Assembly: GCF_963676685.1 (NCBI RefSeq)
Contig: NC_092347.1
Span: 2,914,001 to 2,978,000, forward strand
Source of the DNA: Mytilus edulis
Taxonomy: Eukaryota
Direction of reading: 5' to 3'
DNA length: 64,000 bases
The translations under genes were made by a program, and so were the position numbers. Of this stretch, positions 24,761 to 37,400 are shown piece by piece. The notes beneath the pieces were generated by a model. It saw only the letters and a program-made list of their open reading frames with translations, was not told the DNA's origin and ran no database searches. Numbering within the stretch: position 1 is the first letter of the stretch; each line of letters starts with the position of its first letter.

Positions 24761-25092
24761 TACATTGGTTAGAGGTATAGGGGGAGGGTTGAGATCTCAC
24801 AAACATGTTTAACCCCGCCGCATTTTTGCGCCTGTCCCAAGTCAGGAGCCTCTGGCCTTTGTTGGTCTTGTGTTATTTTAATTTTGGTTTCTTGTGTACA
24901 ATTTGGAAATTAGTATGGCGTTCATTATCACTGGACTAGTATATATTTGTTTAGGGGCCAGCTGAAGGACGCCTCCGGGTGCGGGAATTTCTCGCTACAT
25001 TGAAGACCTGTTGGTGACCCTCTGCTGTTGTTTTTTTATTTGGTCGGGTTGTTGTCTCTTTGACACATTCCCCATTTCCATTCTCAATTTTA
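24761..25092 (+). mobile_element. TW-a interspersed repeat (others: 62075-62490 +, 51185-51320 -, 3' fragments 2322-2392 -, 31675-31830 -, 44880-44938 +)
   Basis: Shared body and common 3' end ..TTGACACATTCCCCATTTCCATTCTCAATTTTA, with variable 5' truncation. Confidence 0.85.
24767..24857 (+). ncRNA. Type P5 (circularly permuted) twister ribozyme, best copy; predicted cleavage U24810^A24811
   Basis: P5 24767-76/24848-57; P2 GGGG 24780-83/CCCC 24813-16; GAGGG 24784-88; UAA 24810-12; GC 24817-18; P3 CGCA/UGCG; P4 CCUG/CAGG with loop UCCCAAGU; A24847. Confidence 0.85.
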
Positions 25093-25344
25093 TTTCCACC
25101 CAATAGATGTTGTAAGAATTTACTTGTCTGACGAATGACGTTTTAAGAAATTAACCGAACTGTTTATAAGTAATTTATTTATTCATAACAAAAAAAAATT
25201 TGTAAACCGTTAAGAAAAGCAATCCACTAACTAAAGTATAGATAAACCCGACAATGCTATCATAAGGTTTGATTGCAGTCTCTGAACAGAATCGCACTGT
25301 TTTTTAAATTTTGTTTTATAAATGATGCCATCCTTTACTCTACC

Positions 25345-25531
25345 TTCTGACGACAATAATGCAGGAGGGTTCAATACGTGAAACAGCAACAACAAGATTA
25401 CTGTTTCGTACCTTGGTGTTCTGACGACAATAATGCAGGAGGGTTCAATACGTGTAACAGCAACAACAAAATTACTGTTTCGTACCTTGGTGTTCTGACG
25501 ACAATGATGCAGAAGGGTTCAATACGTGAAA
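25345..25531. repeat. 74-bp tandem repeat x2.5 with internal hairpin GAAACAG..CTGTTTC
   Basis: Units start at 25345, 25419 and 25493. Confidence 0.9.
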
Positions 25532-25550
25532 AAGCTCTAATAACAACCTT

Positions 25551-26670
25551 TTATTGAAAGAGTTGGTATTACTTTGCTTCATAAAAAAGAATGGCCAACG
25601 TAGATACAAGTATCTTGTCTTAGGGAGGGATAAATCATACTTTATAAAGAATCACTCTGATTCAAACAAAAAATTCTCTGAAACCGATATTATCATGCTT
25701 GATTTCTTGATTGACAACATATTTGTAACGGTTGGAGGACGTGTTTTTCAACAGACTGTCGGCATCCCAATGGGAACAAACTGTGCCCCTCTACTTGTCG
25801 ACTTGTTTCTTTATTATTATGAGGCTGACTTCATGCAGGAACTTCTTCGGAAGAAAGATAAGAAGTTAGCAATATTCTTTAACTCTACTTTCCGCTATAT
25901 AGATGACGTTCTTTCACTAAACAATTCAAAATTTGGTGACTATGTGGAACGCATCTATCCCATCGAGTTGGAGATAAAGGATACTACAGATACAGTTAAG
26001 TCGGCTTCATATCTTGACTTACATCTAGAAATTGACAACGAGGGTCAGTTGAAAACAAAACTTTACGACAAAAGAGATGATTTCAGCTTTCCAATTGTGA
26101 ACTTTCCATTTCTAAGTAGCAACATTCCAGCAGCACCTGCATACGGGGTATATATCTCCCAATTGATACGATATTCCCGTGCCTGCATTTCCTATCATGA
26201 TTTTCATGATAGAGGGTTACTGCTCACAAGGAAGCTATTAAACCAAGAGTTCCAAATGGTGAAGTTGAAATCATCCCTTCGTAAATTTTACGGACGCCAT
26301 CACGAGTTGGTTGACCGTTATGGAATAACCGTTTCACAAATGATATCGGATATGTTCCTTACGTCGTAACTACAATCCCCTTCCCTTTCATGAATGTGAC
26401 CTACCGAATTAGACTATTTACCGGATTTTATATCACATAATCAACACGACGGGTGCCACATGTGGAGCAGGGTCTGCTTACCCTTCCGGAGCACCTGAGA
26501 TCACCCCTAGTTTTTGGAGGGGTTCGTGTTGTTTATTCTTTAGTTTTCTATGTTGTGTCATGTGTACTATTGTTTTTCTGTTTGTCTTTTTCATTTTTGG
26601 CCATGGCGTTGTCAGTTTGTTTTGGATTTATGAGTTTGACTGTCCCTTTGGTATCTTTCGTCCCTCTTTT
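25551..26670 (+). mobile_element. 5'-truncated Penelope-like retroelement (RT palm + thumb ORF 25554-26369, no C-terminal GIY-YIG, plus 3' UTR)
   Basis: Motifs GIPMGTNCAPLL.DLFL, FRYIDD, SYLDL, TKLYDKRDDF, SNIP..AYGVYISQLIRY; stop shortly after the thumb. 3'-end-only relatives at 9380-9540 (-), 30475-30616 (-) and 47001-47042 (+). Confidence 0.88.
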
Positions 26671-28544
26671 AATAGGTCTGTGGATAGACAAACTACACAA
26701 GAATCATTTCGGAAATGGCTAGAATTATCAAATCGATACCTGGACAAGGATGACAAAAAGGACATTCTATAGATTTAAGAGAAAACCTACATATTTACCT
26801 CACGCTTATTTAATATTTAATTACTCAACTGCTTAATAACCCATATTCTCTATGGTAAAAAAATCAAATAGTACCCCCCCCCCCGCCACCCCCACCCCCA
26901 AACCAGATTTGAGGTATTAATGTCAGGCAAATTCTGATTAGTTTAAAAAAAAAAGATTTTAATTAGGAAATGACAATTCAATAGTTATAAACATTTGGTG
27001 GATCAAAATATGTCAAAGGAATTCAAAGTTCTTCTCAAGATCCTCCCTTTAATCAGAATAAAATAATAATCATAGAGGAAATAATGTAATCATTAACATA
27101 TAAATATCTTTGATAAATTGTGTATATCCAATGTTTAAGTGGGATATTCAACAAAATGATCCATTCGTTTTTGAAGCCATCAAAGAAATACACAAGGTAA
27201 ATATATCAGAAAATTTATTTAAAAAAAAATGGCTGTGAATGAAATTAGCATATTTACAAAAATATAAAGTCATAGTTTGACGACGTATAATATCTAAAAA
27301 CACAAATAAAAAAATTCCAAACACAATTTCAACTAAAATTATTTAGATGGTTGTATTGAAACAAAGAGAAAACTAGGAAGAAAATAGTCATTAAACTTAT
27401 AATCAATCGACAAAAGAAAAAGAAACTTATCAGGAAGTCGAAGTAAGGTGTCTTTGAGGCATCTATTACATTACCAATCATGTTGGTTGTAAATCATCCC
27501 GATATTCATAAAGGCTCATGACCTTCTGATACTACAATGTCAATGGTTTTAATCTAGTGTAGCAGCCTTGATCGTATCATTTTTCTTTGAAGCTTCACTT
27601 TACAAGAAATACAAAGATCTTTTCATATTTATTTTATCTTTTTATCTGATATTTCGTGTATGATTTCAAACGATTGGTTTACATGATAGTCTCAGGTGTT
27701 CAGTGATCGCCTGACTCATATCTTGTAATATTGATCCCAAAACACATATGTCTTATATAGATCTTTTATAATTCATATTAGTATTCGGACAGTAGAGGCC
27801 AAGATCGTGCCATGAATATAATGACTATCATTTGTATTACGAACACGCATTAAATTCAAAGAAAACTTGATACTAATTACAATAACAGCGTAAATACATG
27901 TAATAGAGGATAAACAATATGTAAAACAAAGTTCAACATACATACCTGACTTCATGGCAAATGTTAAAAGAGGAAGTACTTATGAACTTATTAAAACTAA
28001 ATGCTATCAACAAACGTAACAAATAAAAACAACAACTTCCGTATGTTTTCTTAATACAAACATTTTCCGAAAGAAAAATATATAAATCTCTAGGTCTCGG
28101 AAACAACGAAGAAAATTCAACAAATGATATCACGCAAGGGATCTAACCATATGACTGTCCTTGTCATTTATTGCGAATCGGCGTGATATCATTGAGGAAC
28201 TAACGTTTCTGACACAATTTTAGTTTATGATTTATTTACCTATCCGTTTGAAGCTCACATTTATTTTTGCTTTCCTAACTTTTCGGCAATTTGTAACAAC
28301 GCAAGAAAGGTAAGTTGTTAGCTGACGAAAACTATCTAAATTAGTCTTAAACAAAGAAAAAAAAACAATGCTATAATGTTGAAATCATATATAAAAAGAT
28401 TACTAGTATATCCTAACTTTTCCGTACTGGTTTAAGTGCCATTCCTCACACAAAATATTTCTTCTGCTGTCGTTTCGATATAATATTGAAATTTCGAAAT
28501 GTTGATAAGAAAAAACTTACATATATGTTCAGTACATAAATATA

Positions 28545-29030
28545 AAAATATGCTATGACTGCCAATGAGACAACTCTCAATACAAGTCATCATGTGTAAA
28601 AAAATAAATATTGGTCAAAGTACGGTCTTCAACACGGATCCTTGGTTAACACCGAACAGTAAGCTATAAAGGGCCTCAAAATGACTAGTTGTAAACCATT
28701 CAAACGGGAATACCAACGATCTAATCTATATGAAAAACGAGAAACCACTTATGAACCACAGCAACAAACTACTTCTGAACATCAGTTTCATGACTTAGGA
28801 AAAGTGCAAACAAATGCAGCGGGTTTCAGTGTTTTAACAGGAACTCACCTTTACCCTTACCCGAAACTATAAAATATCAGTTGAAATGGCTTAACTCAAT
28901 CAAAAGACATATTAACTTAAGTGAACATACACTAATCGAATGAATTTAATCTATGACACAACGCAGCTAAACAATCCATAAAAAAGGATCCGGAGCGATG
29001 AATAAAGGCAACAATATCGTACCGCTGTGA
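28545..29030 (-). mobile_element. TW-e interspersed repeat with degenerate twister (~28780-28862); 3' parts also at 42225-42452, 44450-44625, 53862-54590 (split), 56565-56790, 61155-61410, 63148-63358
   Basis: Minus strand GGG-UAAAGG..AA-ACCC-GC-UGCA(UUUGUU)UGCA-CUUU-UCCUAAGU-CAUG-A. The 3' end ..GAGAGTTGTCTCATTGGCA.. is shared with TW-b. Confidence 0.7.
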
Positions 29031-30971
29031 GATGTGAAATAAGTTTGTAATGTATACAGTATAAATGGAGAATGGAAACATTTTTCACAAAATAAATAAG
29101 TTTGTTGTTCATAGTGCTATCAACAGAAGTGGACATCTGTAGTCATACTAAACCCTTACCAAAGCTGGTATATATTAGACAATAGAGAGTAGAGATATAA
29201 CCCTAAATGAGTAAACATTAAGTAACAAAACACTTAACAATTGTATCATCAGGTCAAATTAACACGAAAGTAAGATTTGAGAGTACTTGCAGTTACTGAA
29301 AGTTAATTTTAAAAAAGCAAAAATCGATTAATAATAAAACATTCATGCATCATATATAGTAATATTTTATCTTCAGAATAGAAAATGCTTATTTATGTCA
29401 TCTTCAGGCATCATTACAATGAAACATATAATCCAAAAAAAAAGGTACTAGTTATGTATTTTGAAATTTTAACTATTTGTTAGACCTTAATAAAGTATGC
29501 CAAGCAAAGAGTAAAAACATTGTTGCATGTGTTATTTTGTCCAAAAAAAATTGCTGCCATTATGACACTTCATATTCCAAAGCAGTATAAATATCATACC
29601 TCGAACACATTTCACACTGCCAGGTGTCGTCACATTGTGCTTGGAGATTAATAAAATAATCATAGGGCTTTTATGTACATTTTGTAATATTTTAATAGGC
29701 TGAATGAGATCCGACTTTCGGGTAAACACATGATTCGACAATCACAAAGCTAATAGGTTTATTTTTTTTCTGCACTTATTTATTTCCTATCCCATAAATA
29801 TATTGTCAAATTATTCTTTACAGAATATGTTGACGAAAGTAAATTGTTGTATAACCATCTTAATCTGTTGAATTATACTGAAGCAAAAATAATCTATAAT
29901 GGTAATTTTCTCATTGCTACCGTTGAATAACTTTGCATATTCTTCTATTGTATCATAATCAATCTCCACAAGACATTCAGAAAACAACCAATTTTAATTG
30001 TAGTATAGTACAAAAAGTTCAAAAGAAAGATATTTTTATTAGGTCATGTCTATGATACAAATCACTTTAAAACCTGCAATTTATTTGCAAATGTCAGAAT
30101 CATTGATGATCGAGATTACATCCATGCAGTTGTTTCCCGTTTAAATATTCAGGACCATTTTAAATTAATAAGATGTTTTATTGGACTCAATGAGACAACT
30201 AACCATCGGTGACCAATTGACGAAAATATCAGAATTTTTAGGTACAGTTTTAAGCAATGAGCAAACTATAACAAGAACCACATACTCTGTCGAAACAACC
30301 GGGTAACCTCTGTTGGACTTCAATCGATCCAATTGGTTTTAGCTTGTTACTTTGATTGTTTACTTATCGCATGAAGTTAAGTTACGTTTGTCACAAACGT
30401 TCTGTTGTATAAGTATTACAAAATCTGATCAAATATGATGGAGAGCTATATAAAAAGGTTTCAATGATAGTTTAAAAGAGGGCCAAAAGATACCAGAAGG
30501 ACTTTTAAAATCATAGATCGAAAATAAACTGACAACGCCATGGTTAAAAAAAAAGAAAAACAGACAGACAGATAATAGTACACAAAACAACATAGAAAAC
30601 TAAAGACTAAGCAACAAGTGTAAAAGAGCATTAGAGAATAAATTTGCAGAGAATTTATGAAGATGTTGGTAATTAATTATTCCAAAAGTACAGTTCTATT
30701 TTCTTCTGCGATAATAAATCATAAAGACAAATTTCTTGCTTCCATGTTATAATCAATAATGTGCTGTAAATGCATAAGCCAGGCTACTCAATCATCCTAA
30801 TGGTACTATTAATTCTCATATCTGCCTCAATTTTGACTACACATGTTGTCAATTCCAATAATTTTTGATTTTATGAGATTCTATTGGATTTTTGAATGGT
30901 AGAAATATTTATCACTTTCAAATGCATTTTTGGATATCTATGATTTACCCCTCCACCTTTTTGCAATTTAC

Positions 30972-31210
30972 GTATTTAAGTGCAAGTGTCGTAATTTGTA
31001 AGTGTAATGTCCCCGTATTGATTTACGTCTTGGACTTACAGTTTTCAATGTCCTGCAATTGAGTTTGGTAAATATGTCTCAGTTTAAAGTGTATTTAAGT
31101 GCACGTGTCGTAATTTGTAAGTGTAAAGTCCCCGTATTGATTTGCGTCTAGGACTTACAGTTTTCAATTGTCCTGCAATTGAGTTTGGTAAATATGTCTC
31201 AGTTTAAAGT
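30972..31210. repeat. ~119-bp tandem duplication
   Basis: GTATTTAAGTGCA..CAGTTTAAAGT occurs at 30972 and 31091 with a few substitutions. Confidence 0.9.
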
Positions 31211-31894
31211 CATAAGAAACCTCAAATCAAAAAAAATAATGCATATGTTTTTATTATAACTCAATGGATAGTTTTCATTATAAAACTTATGTACATATAC
31301 TTTTTTTCTGAAGAAAATTCTTTAATTTGTTCATATCTAGAAGAAGTTTACTTGCTTGCTTCCAGGAAGCAATTCCTGACATATTTTTCGTTTGCAAAGT
31401 GACCTCAGTGTGACCCATATCGTAAAAATCCTGTGATCGCAGTACGCATGGATGTCCTTAAAATAAATTATTATCTGATTGTACATGTTAAACACGTGCT
31501 CAATATCCATGTTTTTTGTTGATTGTTGACAAACAGGTGACAATCGTAAAACTTCGGCTTCAAAACACGAACTTTAATTACCTGCCATATTTTTACAACA
31601 ACACTGACCGATTGAAAAAAAAATGACGATTATACGAAATTTATGCGAAAAAAATATTCGTGTTTATGATGTTTAAAATTGAGAAAGGAAATGGGGAATG
31701 TGTCAAAGCGACAACAAACCGACGAGAGAGCAGACAACAGCCGAAGGCCACCAATGGGTCTTCAATGAAGCGAGAAACTCCCGCAACCTGAGGCGTCCTT
31801 CAGCTGGCTCCTTAAAAAATATGTATACATTGTATGCATTGGTTCAAGAATTGGAATAACATTATTTTTCACCGGTCACTCGTTTTATATGACT
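31208..31894. mobile_element. Kolobok-like MITE with nested TW-a 3' fragment
   Basis: TTAA flanks at 31204-07 and 31895-98; TIRs AGTCATAAGAAAC / GTTTTATATGACT. Confidence 0.7.
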
Positions 31895-32669
31895 TTAAAA
31901 CATATTCATAATAAAACCATGGTTCATATATCGTTTAAAAATAAATCAATAAAATATACAGGATTCTGTCATGACAAATAAAAGTCTTTTTGTTCATTCA
32001 GTAGTAAAGAGTTGAGCTTATCAATTTCAACTTTGCATATAATAAGAATTTTTATTATTTTTATAACATACACATGATAAATCGGATTTCGAATGAAACG
32101 TGTGAAAATGGTGTAATCATCGCGTGAAAATATTTCAGTTGCTTCGCAATGACTGAATCTTCTCCTTACCATTGTCCTGTCAAAATAACCGACAACAAAA
32201 AATACAGAAAAAACAGATTCCGAAGATCTAAAAGGGAAAATAAAAAATCACTGGTGGTATTTTACGAGTCTGCAAATTCTATACGGAAATTTAGAGGAAA
32301 AAAAAAAAAAAAAAAAATCTAAGGATACATATTCAATAAATATTCTTAGAATGACAACAGGATTTTACATAAAATAAATAAACATTTAGGGTTAAAGCTA
32401 AGGATTTAATTGTGGTATCGCATTGGAGAACTTGATTTTATGTAGAAGCAATTTTTCGAATAAGACAATGTTGTAGTGTAATTATTTTTTCTTCATACCT
32501 CAAGAAATCTATTTAGGAAGCGCATCACAAAATCTGTCTAAAAATTGAACATATTTTTCCAAAATAGTCACGTGGTTTTACCTCGTAGTAGTTATGGGAT
32601 AACCACATTAAAGAATGGCATGAACACATCAAATACTGATACAAACACATCATGTAGTGTAAAATCGTC

Positions 32670-32880
32670 AATTTTGAAACCTCATTACGTAATGTTAAAG
32701 CCATATAAAGAATTGTCAAATCATCATTACGAAATAACAAAACCACATCATGTAATGAAACAACTACATTACGTTATGTCACCTACACATCAAGTAATGT
32801 TAAAACCACATTGTCTAATGACACAACCACATTTAGTAATGGTGAAACCATATTATGTAAAGACAAATTACTATTAAGTA
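32670..32880. repeat. Degenerate ~21-bp tandem repeat (AAACCACATTATGTAATG..)
   Basis: 7-residue periodicity (KPHYVM) in spurious ORF 32545-32877. Confidence 0.7.
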
Positions 32881-34139
32881 ATAACAGAACAACAAAAAGT
32901 AATATCAGGGTTCCACATAAGACAGCTGTGGCGTTCTATAGCTTCAGCCTAAAAACTTCGTTTTTAATAAATCTCATAATATTGCATACGTTTTGCATAT
33001 TTACAATGGATTGTAAAGGTATGACAGCACAAGATTCTTAAAATTAATGTTAATCTTTGAATTTTCCAGATTTTTTTTGTTTTACAAACCAAGATTGAAA
33101 TATCATAAAAAATGTATATATTGATCATGACATTGTTTGGCAATAGGTTAATTCCATAACAATTGTATTAATTTGCAGACGATAATTTTAATCGACTTCG
33201 AGATCTTGTCGTCTGAAGTAATTGGTATAAGTAGAAACTTAAGAACCAGATTACAGTTGGAATAAATGAAAGTAAGATTGATGATTACCAATCGGAAACA
33301 TTTGACAAATAGGAAAACGTGACAAAAAGGACACACTTAAATACATTGCAGATGCTTTTATTAGAATAATGACAGCTTCAAACTTATTTAACTAGTCTAC
33401 AAATTGTTCTTGTACAGATGAACGTTGTCACTAAAATGTCAGTTTTTACTTTTGTTCTAACAACAGCAAAGGAGGATTTGTGATTTAAAACGTAAGTTTA
33501 CAACACGGAGTTTGCCAACACAATAGGGAAGTGTTCGAAATATTAATGCATTGTGTAGCGCTTAGGGCATATTCAATTATATAATAATAATAATAACTTC
33601 TCTGTTGACAAGAAACGCTCTTTATCGTCATTAGTTTTAGAAGTCTACACAAATTACTACTACAGTAAATATATTTGGTAGGAATCGACAATGTGGTTTT
33701 ATCCCAAGGGAACATTGCCGCAAGAACCCCAAATACATGGAAATTATTTTTAAAGTTGATTAGAAATAATCTTCAAATCAATATCAACGAGAAGGCATAC
33801 CCCAAGTAGTCATTGACCACTACCTAAAATATGCAATGTTAAATAAAAACAAATTATTATATATGCATTTTTCTTGAAACAAAAATACTTCCAATTCCTT
33901 TAATATTAAACACAAACGGAAAAGGCAGTAGCTACTAATACCCCCGGTTGAATACTAATATTTAAGCCTCATTTTAGACTCATAAAGCGGGCCAAGCAAT
34001 TATTCTGATTCAGTATGATTTGTGGACTGTATTTGCCCAGTAATACTCTTGAAAACTTATTTTTGTGTATAATTAAATAAGTTTGTGATGTATAAATTGT
34101 CCGACGTCAGACACGCGAAATTGTTTCTTTTAACAATTG

Positions 34140-34445
34140 TAACACGGTGATGACTACTGTACCCATATTTTGACTATTTTATTTATTATGTTTGTTAAGT
34201 TCACTCATCATTGTAAATATAACGGAATTTGATGAGACTGTCGTTCAAAGTGAGAGATTTAGCGCTATACAACCAGGTTTAATTCACCATTTTCTACATC
34301 TGAAAATGGCTGTACCAAGTCAGGAATATGACAGTTGTTGTCTATTCGTTTTTGTTGTGTTTTGTCATTTGATTTTGCCATGTGATATTTGATTTTCCTC
34401 TGATAATGTCTGAGTTCAGTATTTTTGTAATTTTACCTTTTTCTT
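34140..34445 (+). mobile_element. TW-c interspersed repeat with twister variant at 34237-34335 (others 38467-38630, 45465-45632, 3' fragments 40797-40871, 44372-44395)
   Basis: P5 ACUGUCGU/AUGACAGU; P3 CAUUUUC/GAAAAUG; P4 loop UACCAAGU; GAGGU is intact in the 45546 copy. Common 3' end ..TTCAGTATTTTTGTGATTTTACTTTT. Confidence 0.78.
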
Positions 34446-37400
34446 TCCTTTTGAGAATATTTATAGATATAGAGCATTTTGTTACCCTTTCAAATATATT
34501 GTACAAAAATGTACCTTTCCGATCTAAGCCATCCTGGTCATCAAGTACTTATACAACTGCCAAACATTACTGCTTACTACAAGACAAGAATTATATTACT
34601 GTTAAACTTCTGCGACCTAAATTTCAGTGATATAATGAAAATGTAATTTAGAGATAATAATGTTGTCTTCGATGATCAACATTGGATGTCACAATACAGA
34701 AAGCCTCAAATATTTCAAGAGTAAATAATATAAATCACAAAGTATAAACCCAGCAAAAAAGCAAAGAACACAAATAAAAAAGGTAGAACGAAAATAGTTA
34801 GGAATGTTGAAAAGTGAGCTATTGAAAACTATTTCTTGTATATATTTTTTTATTCGTAAGCATTACTCTCAAAAGATACGGTGATCTTCTCGTTCGCTTT
34901 CCTTTGATTTAGTAACAATAAATCAGTGCCACTTTTGAGAATAGTGCAAATATCGTATTAACATTTTTGTCCAGGTTAAATTCAGGAAAATGATATGATC
35001 AAACCAATGTTTAAGTTATGGTCTTTCGTAAAATATTTTTTTTATTATCTCTATCAAAGAGATATATTATTTATGTACATTTTTTAAGTTAACATAATAC
35101 AAGTCAAATGTCTTTTCCTTTTATTGTATCTCGACTTGAAAATGTCAATGAAAGTCTTTTAGATTTTAATGACAGTTAATTGAGGGATTATGGTTTTATC
35201 ATTATCACTTTATTTACCTTTTTTGTATCAATATTAAACTAATGTACAGTTTTAAATATGTCTACGCATTGAAGAATAGCTAACCGCCAGTAATTGAAAT
35301 TGGTGTCTTTCGTATCGAGCCAACCTTAGGTCAGTAAATGATAAATCCAATTTCTTGTTTTTTAGAATATTGATTGATTGTTGTCTGTTTAACGTTCTGT
35401 GACATTTTATTTAGTAGAAGTTAACGACGAACAATGATTGATCTGGTGAAAACAAAAACAAAAAAAAGTAGTTATGTAATTCACGATAACAAATACTTAT
35501 AAATACATGTAGTATCAGGCATCAAATGAGCCATATACAAGTACAGGTATTTTAAACGAATTTCAAGAATTTCTCGTTCAATCTTAATTACGTATTGTTT
35601 TTATTCTAAAAGATGTATATGGTTTGATTTGTTGTGTGCATTTAAATAAATAGTCACATTAACTGTTTTCAGCAGGACCTAATTATATAGACATCTCTTA
35701 AAATTGTCAAAAGTGGACAAAGATCACCCGAGAAAGCGTAAGTTGTCTATTTTATTTCTTGTTGTTGAATTTTCTGATGATAATATCGTTATGGGAACCA
35801 TTCAGAAAGCTTATGATGACATCTTCTAAATATCATATTACCTAGTACCCACAATATAAACCCCAAATCAACGGACCTTTATATAGATATGCCAATAACA
35901 CTTTTAGCTTTAAAAGCAGTCGGGAACGTCAAATCAACTAAGGAATTAAACACTTCGCATGTGGCTGATTTTTTTTTAACATCGAATACAGGTGTTTACG
36001 AAAAAATGTACAGATATTTATTCATGTTCGATTTCAGACTCCAAGACATACAAAGTGAACTACTCTTATTGAATGCTCTTAAAAGAACTTTTTACTGTAA
36101 AGCAGCAGAGGGTTGGAAACCTATTTTAAAACACTTCAGTAAGACAACAAAATAATAAGAAGAATGCAAATAATAAGCGAAAGTCTTCATTTTAGGGACA
36201 ACTGCCGTCTGTCAATTAGTAACTTTACATTTGACCAGTTCTGCCTTTACTGTTTTTTAATTGATCATCAACCATATAACAGATTTTCTCAATGTGTCCC
36301 TAATGATCTTTTTCTAGCGACTAGATATCCGTTCGATATCTGGCACGTTTTTACACAACATAAGTCAAGGATGGTTTTGATTAAAATGGTTTTCGTTTGA
36401 CCTTTAAGTTTCAATGGAGACAATTTTGTCAATGAAAACAAGAAGACGAATGACGAACGCTTAATGATAGCAGAGGCTGATGCAGGTCCTATTAATACTT
36501 TTCTTGATAAATCAATCTAAACTGAAACTTTGTTTTATCTAGACTCATTTTAATTTCGATTCGATTTATAAGACAGACATATGTCTATTTTTTACGAATT
36601 TATGCTGACTTGTAAATCTCTGATGTATTCATGTGTTATGTAGATCTGTTTTCCTATAGGTTATATGATATACAGTTTTACACATATGTGATATAAGGGC
36701 AATTTATCTTAAAACACTCCAATTAGAAGATTTGAATTTCAACCCAATGTTGATGATTTTTTAACAGTTCTTCATCATTGTATATACGACCATGAAATTT
36801 TGGTAAATCAAACATACCACGTACAGAATAGACTGTGCTGATATTTATACCACATATGTCTAAATTGTATCATTATCAAATATCAAGGTTAGGTATAAGC
36901 CCATAAGGGACCTACGTAACATTGAAAACGACAACTTCGGGGTGGTAAACAGTCTAAAAATAGTCCGGTGTCCCCATCTTTTAAAATGTTTGAAAAATCA
37001 TTAAAATAAATCATTTGCAATCAATACGAATCTATTAAAAGAACTCATGAACTCAACATTATCTTTAAAAATTAAAAATATGACATCTAACATTTGGCGA
37101 AGTTTTCAATTTGCAACAGACACAAGACGTATGTACTTGGGTTAAACAAGTTTTTTTGTAGATCACTCTTTAGTTCCGAATAAAAACATAAAAGTTTTTT
37201 ATATTTACTGCAGGATATATTACTCGTGCTGTGTGAATGCAGTAAAATGTGTCCCAGAGCCGTATGTTGTATAGTTATGTGTTTTGCTTGTGAGAGAACT
37301 ACATATTCCATTATATAAACGGTCCTTTGTTAGAAGATGTCTCTTTAGTCAATTGTATCATATACTTTTAGAAAATAATGGTATAATTTCACCCCATGAT

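Noticed and set aside
25347-25415. Hammerhead in the 74-bp repeat (CTGACGA..GAAAC)
   Set aside because: No stem II, weak stem I, and GAAA is sequestered in the hairpin and mutated in unit 2.
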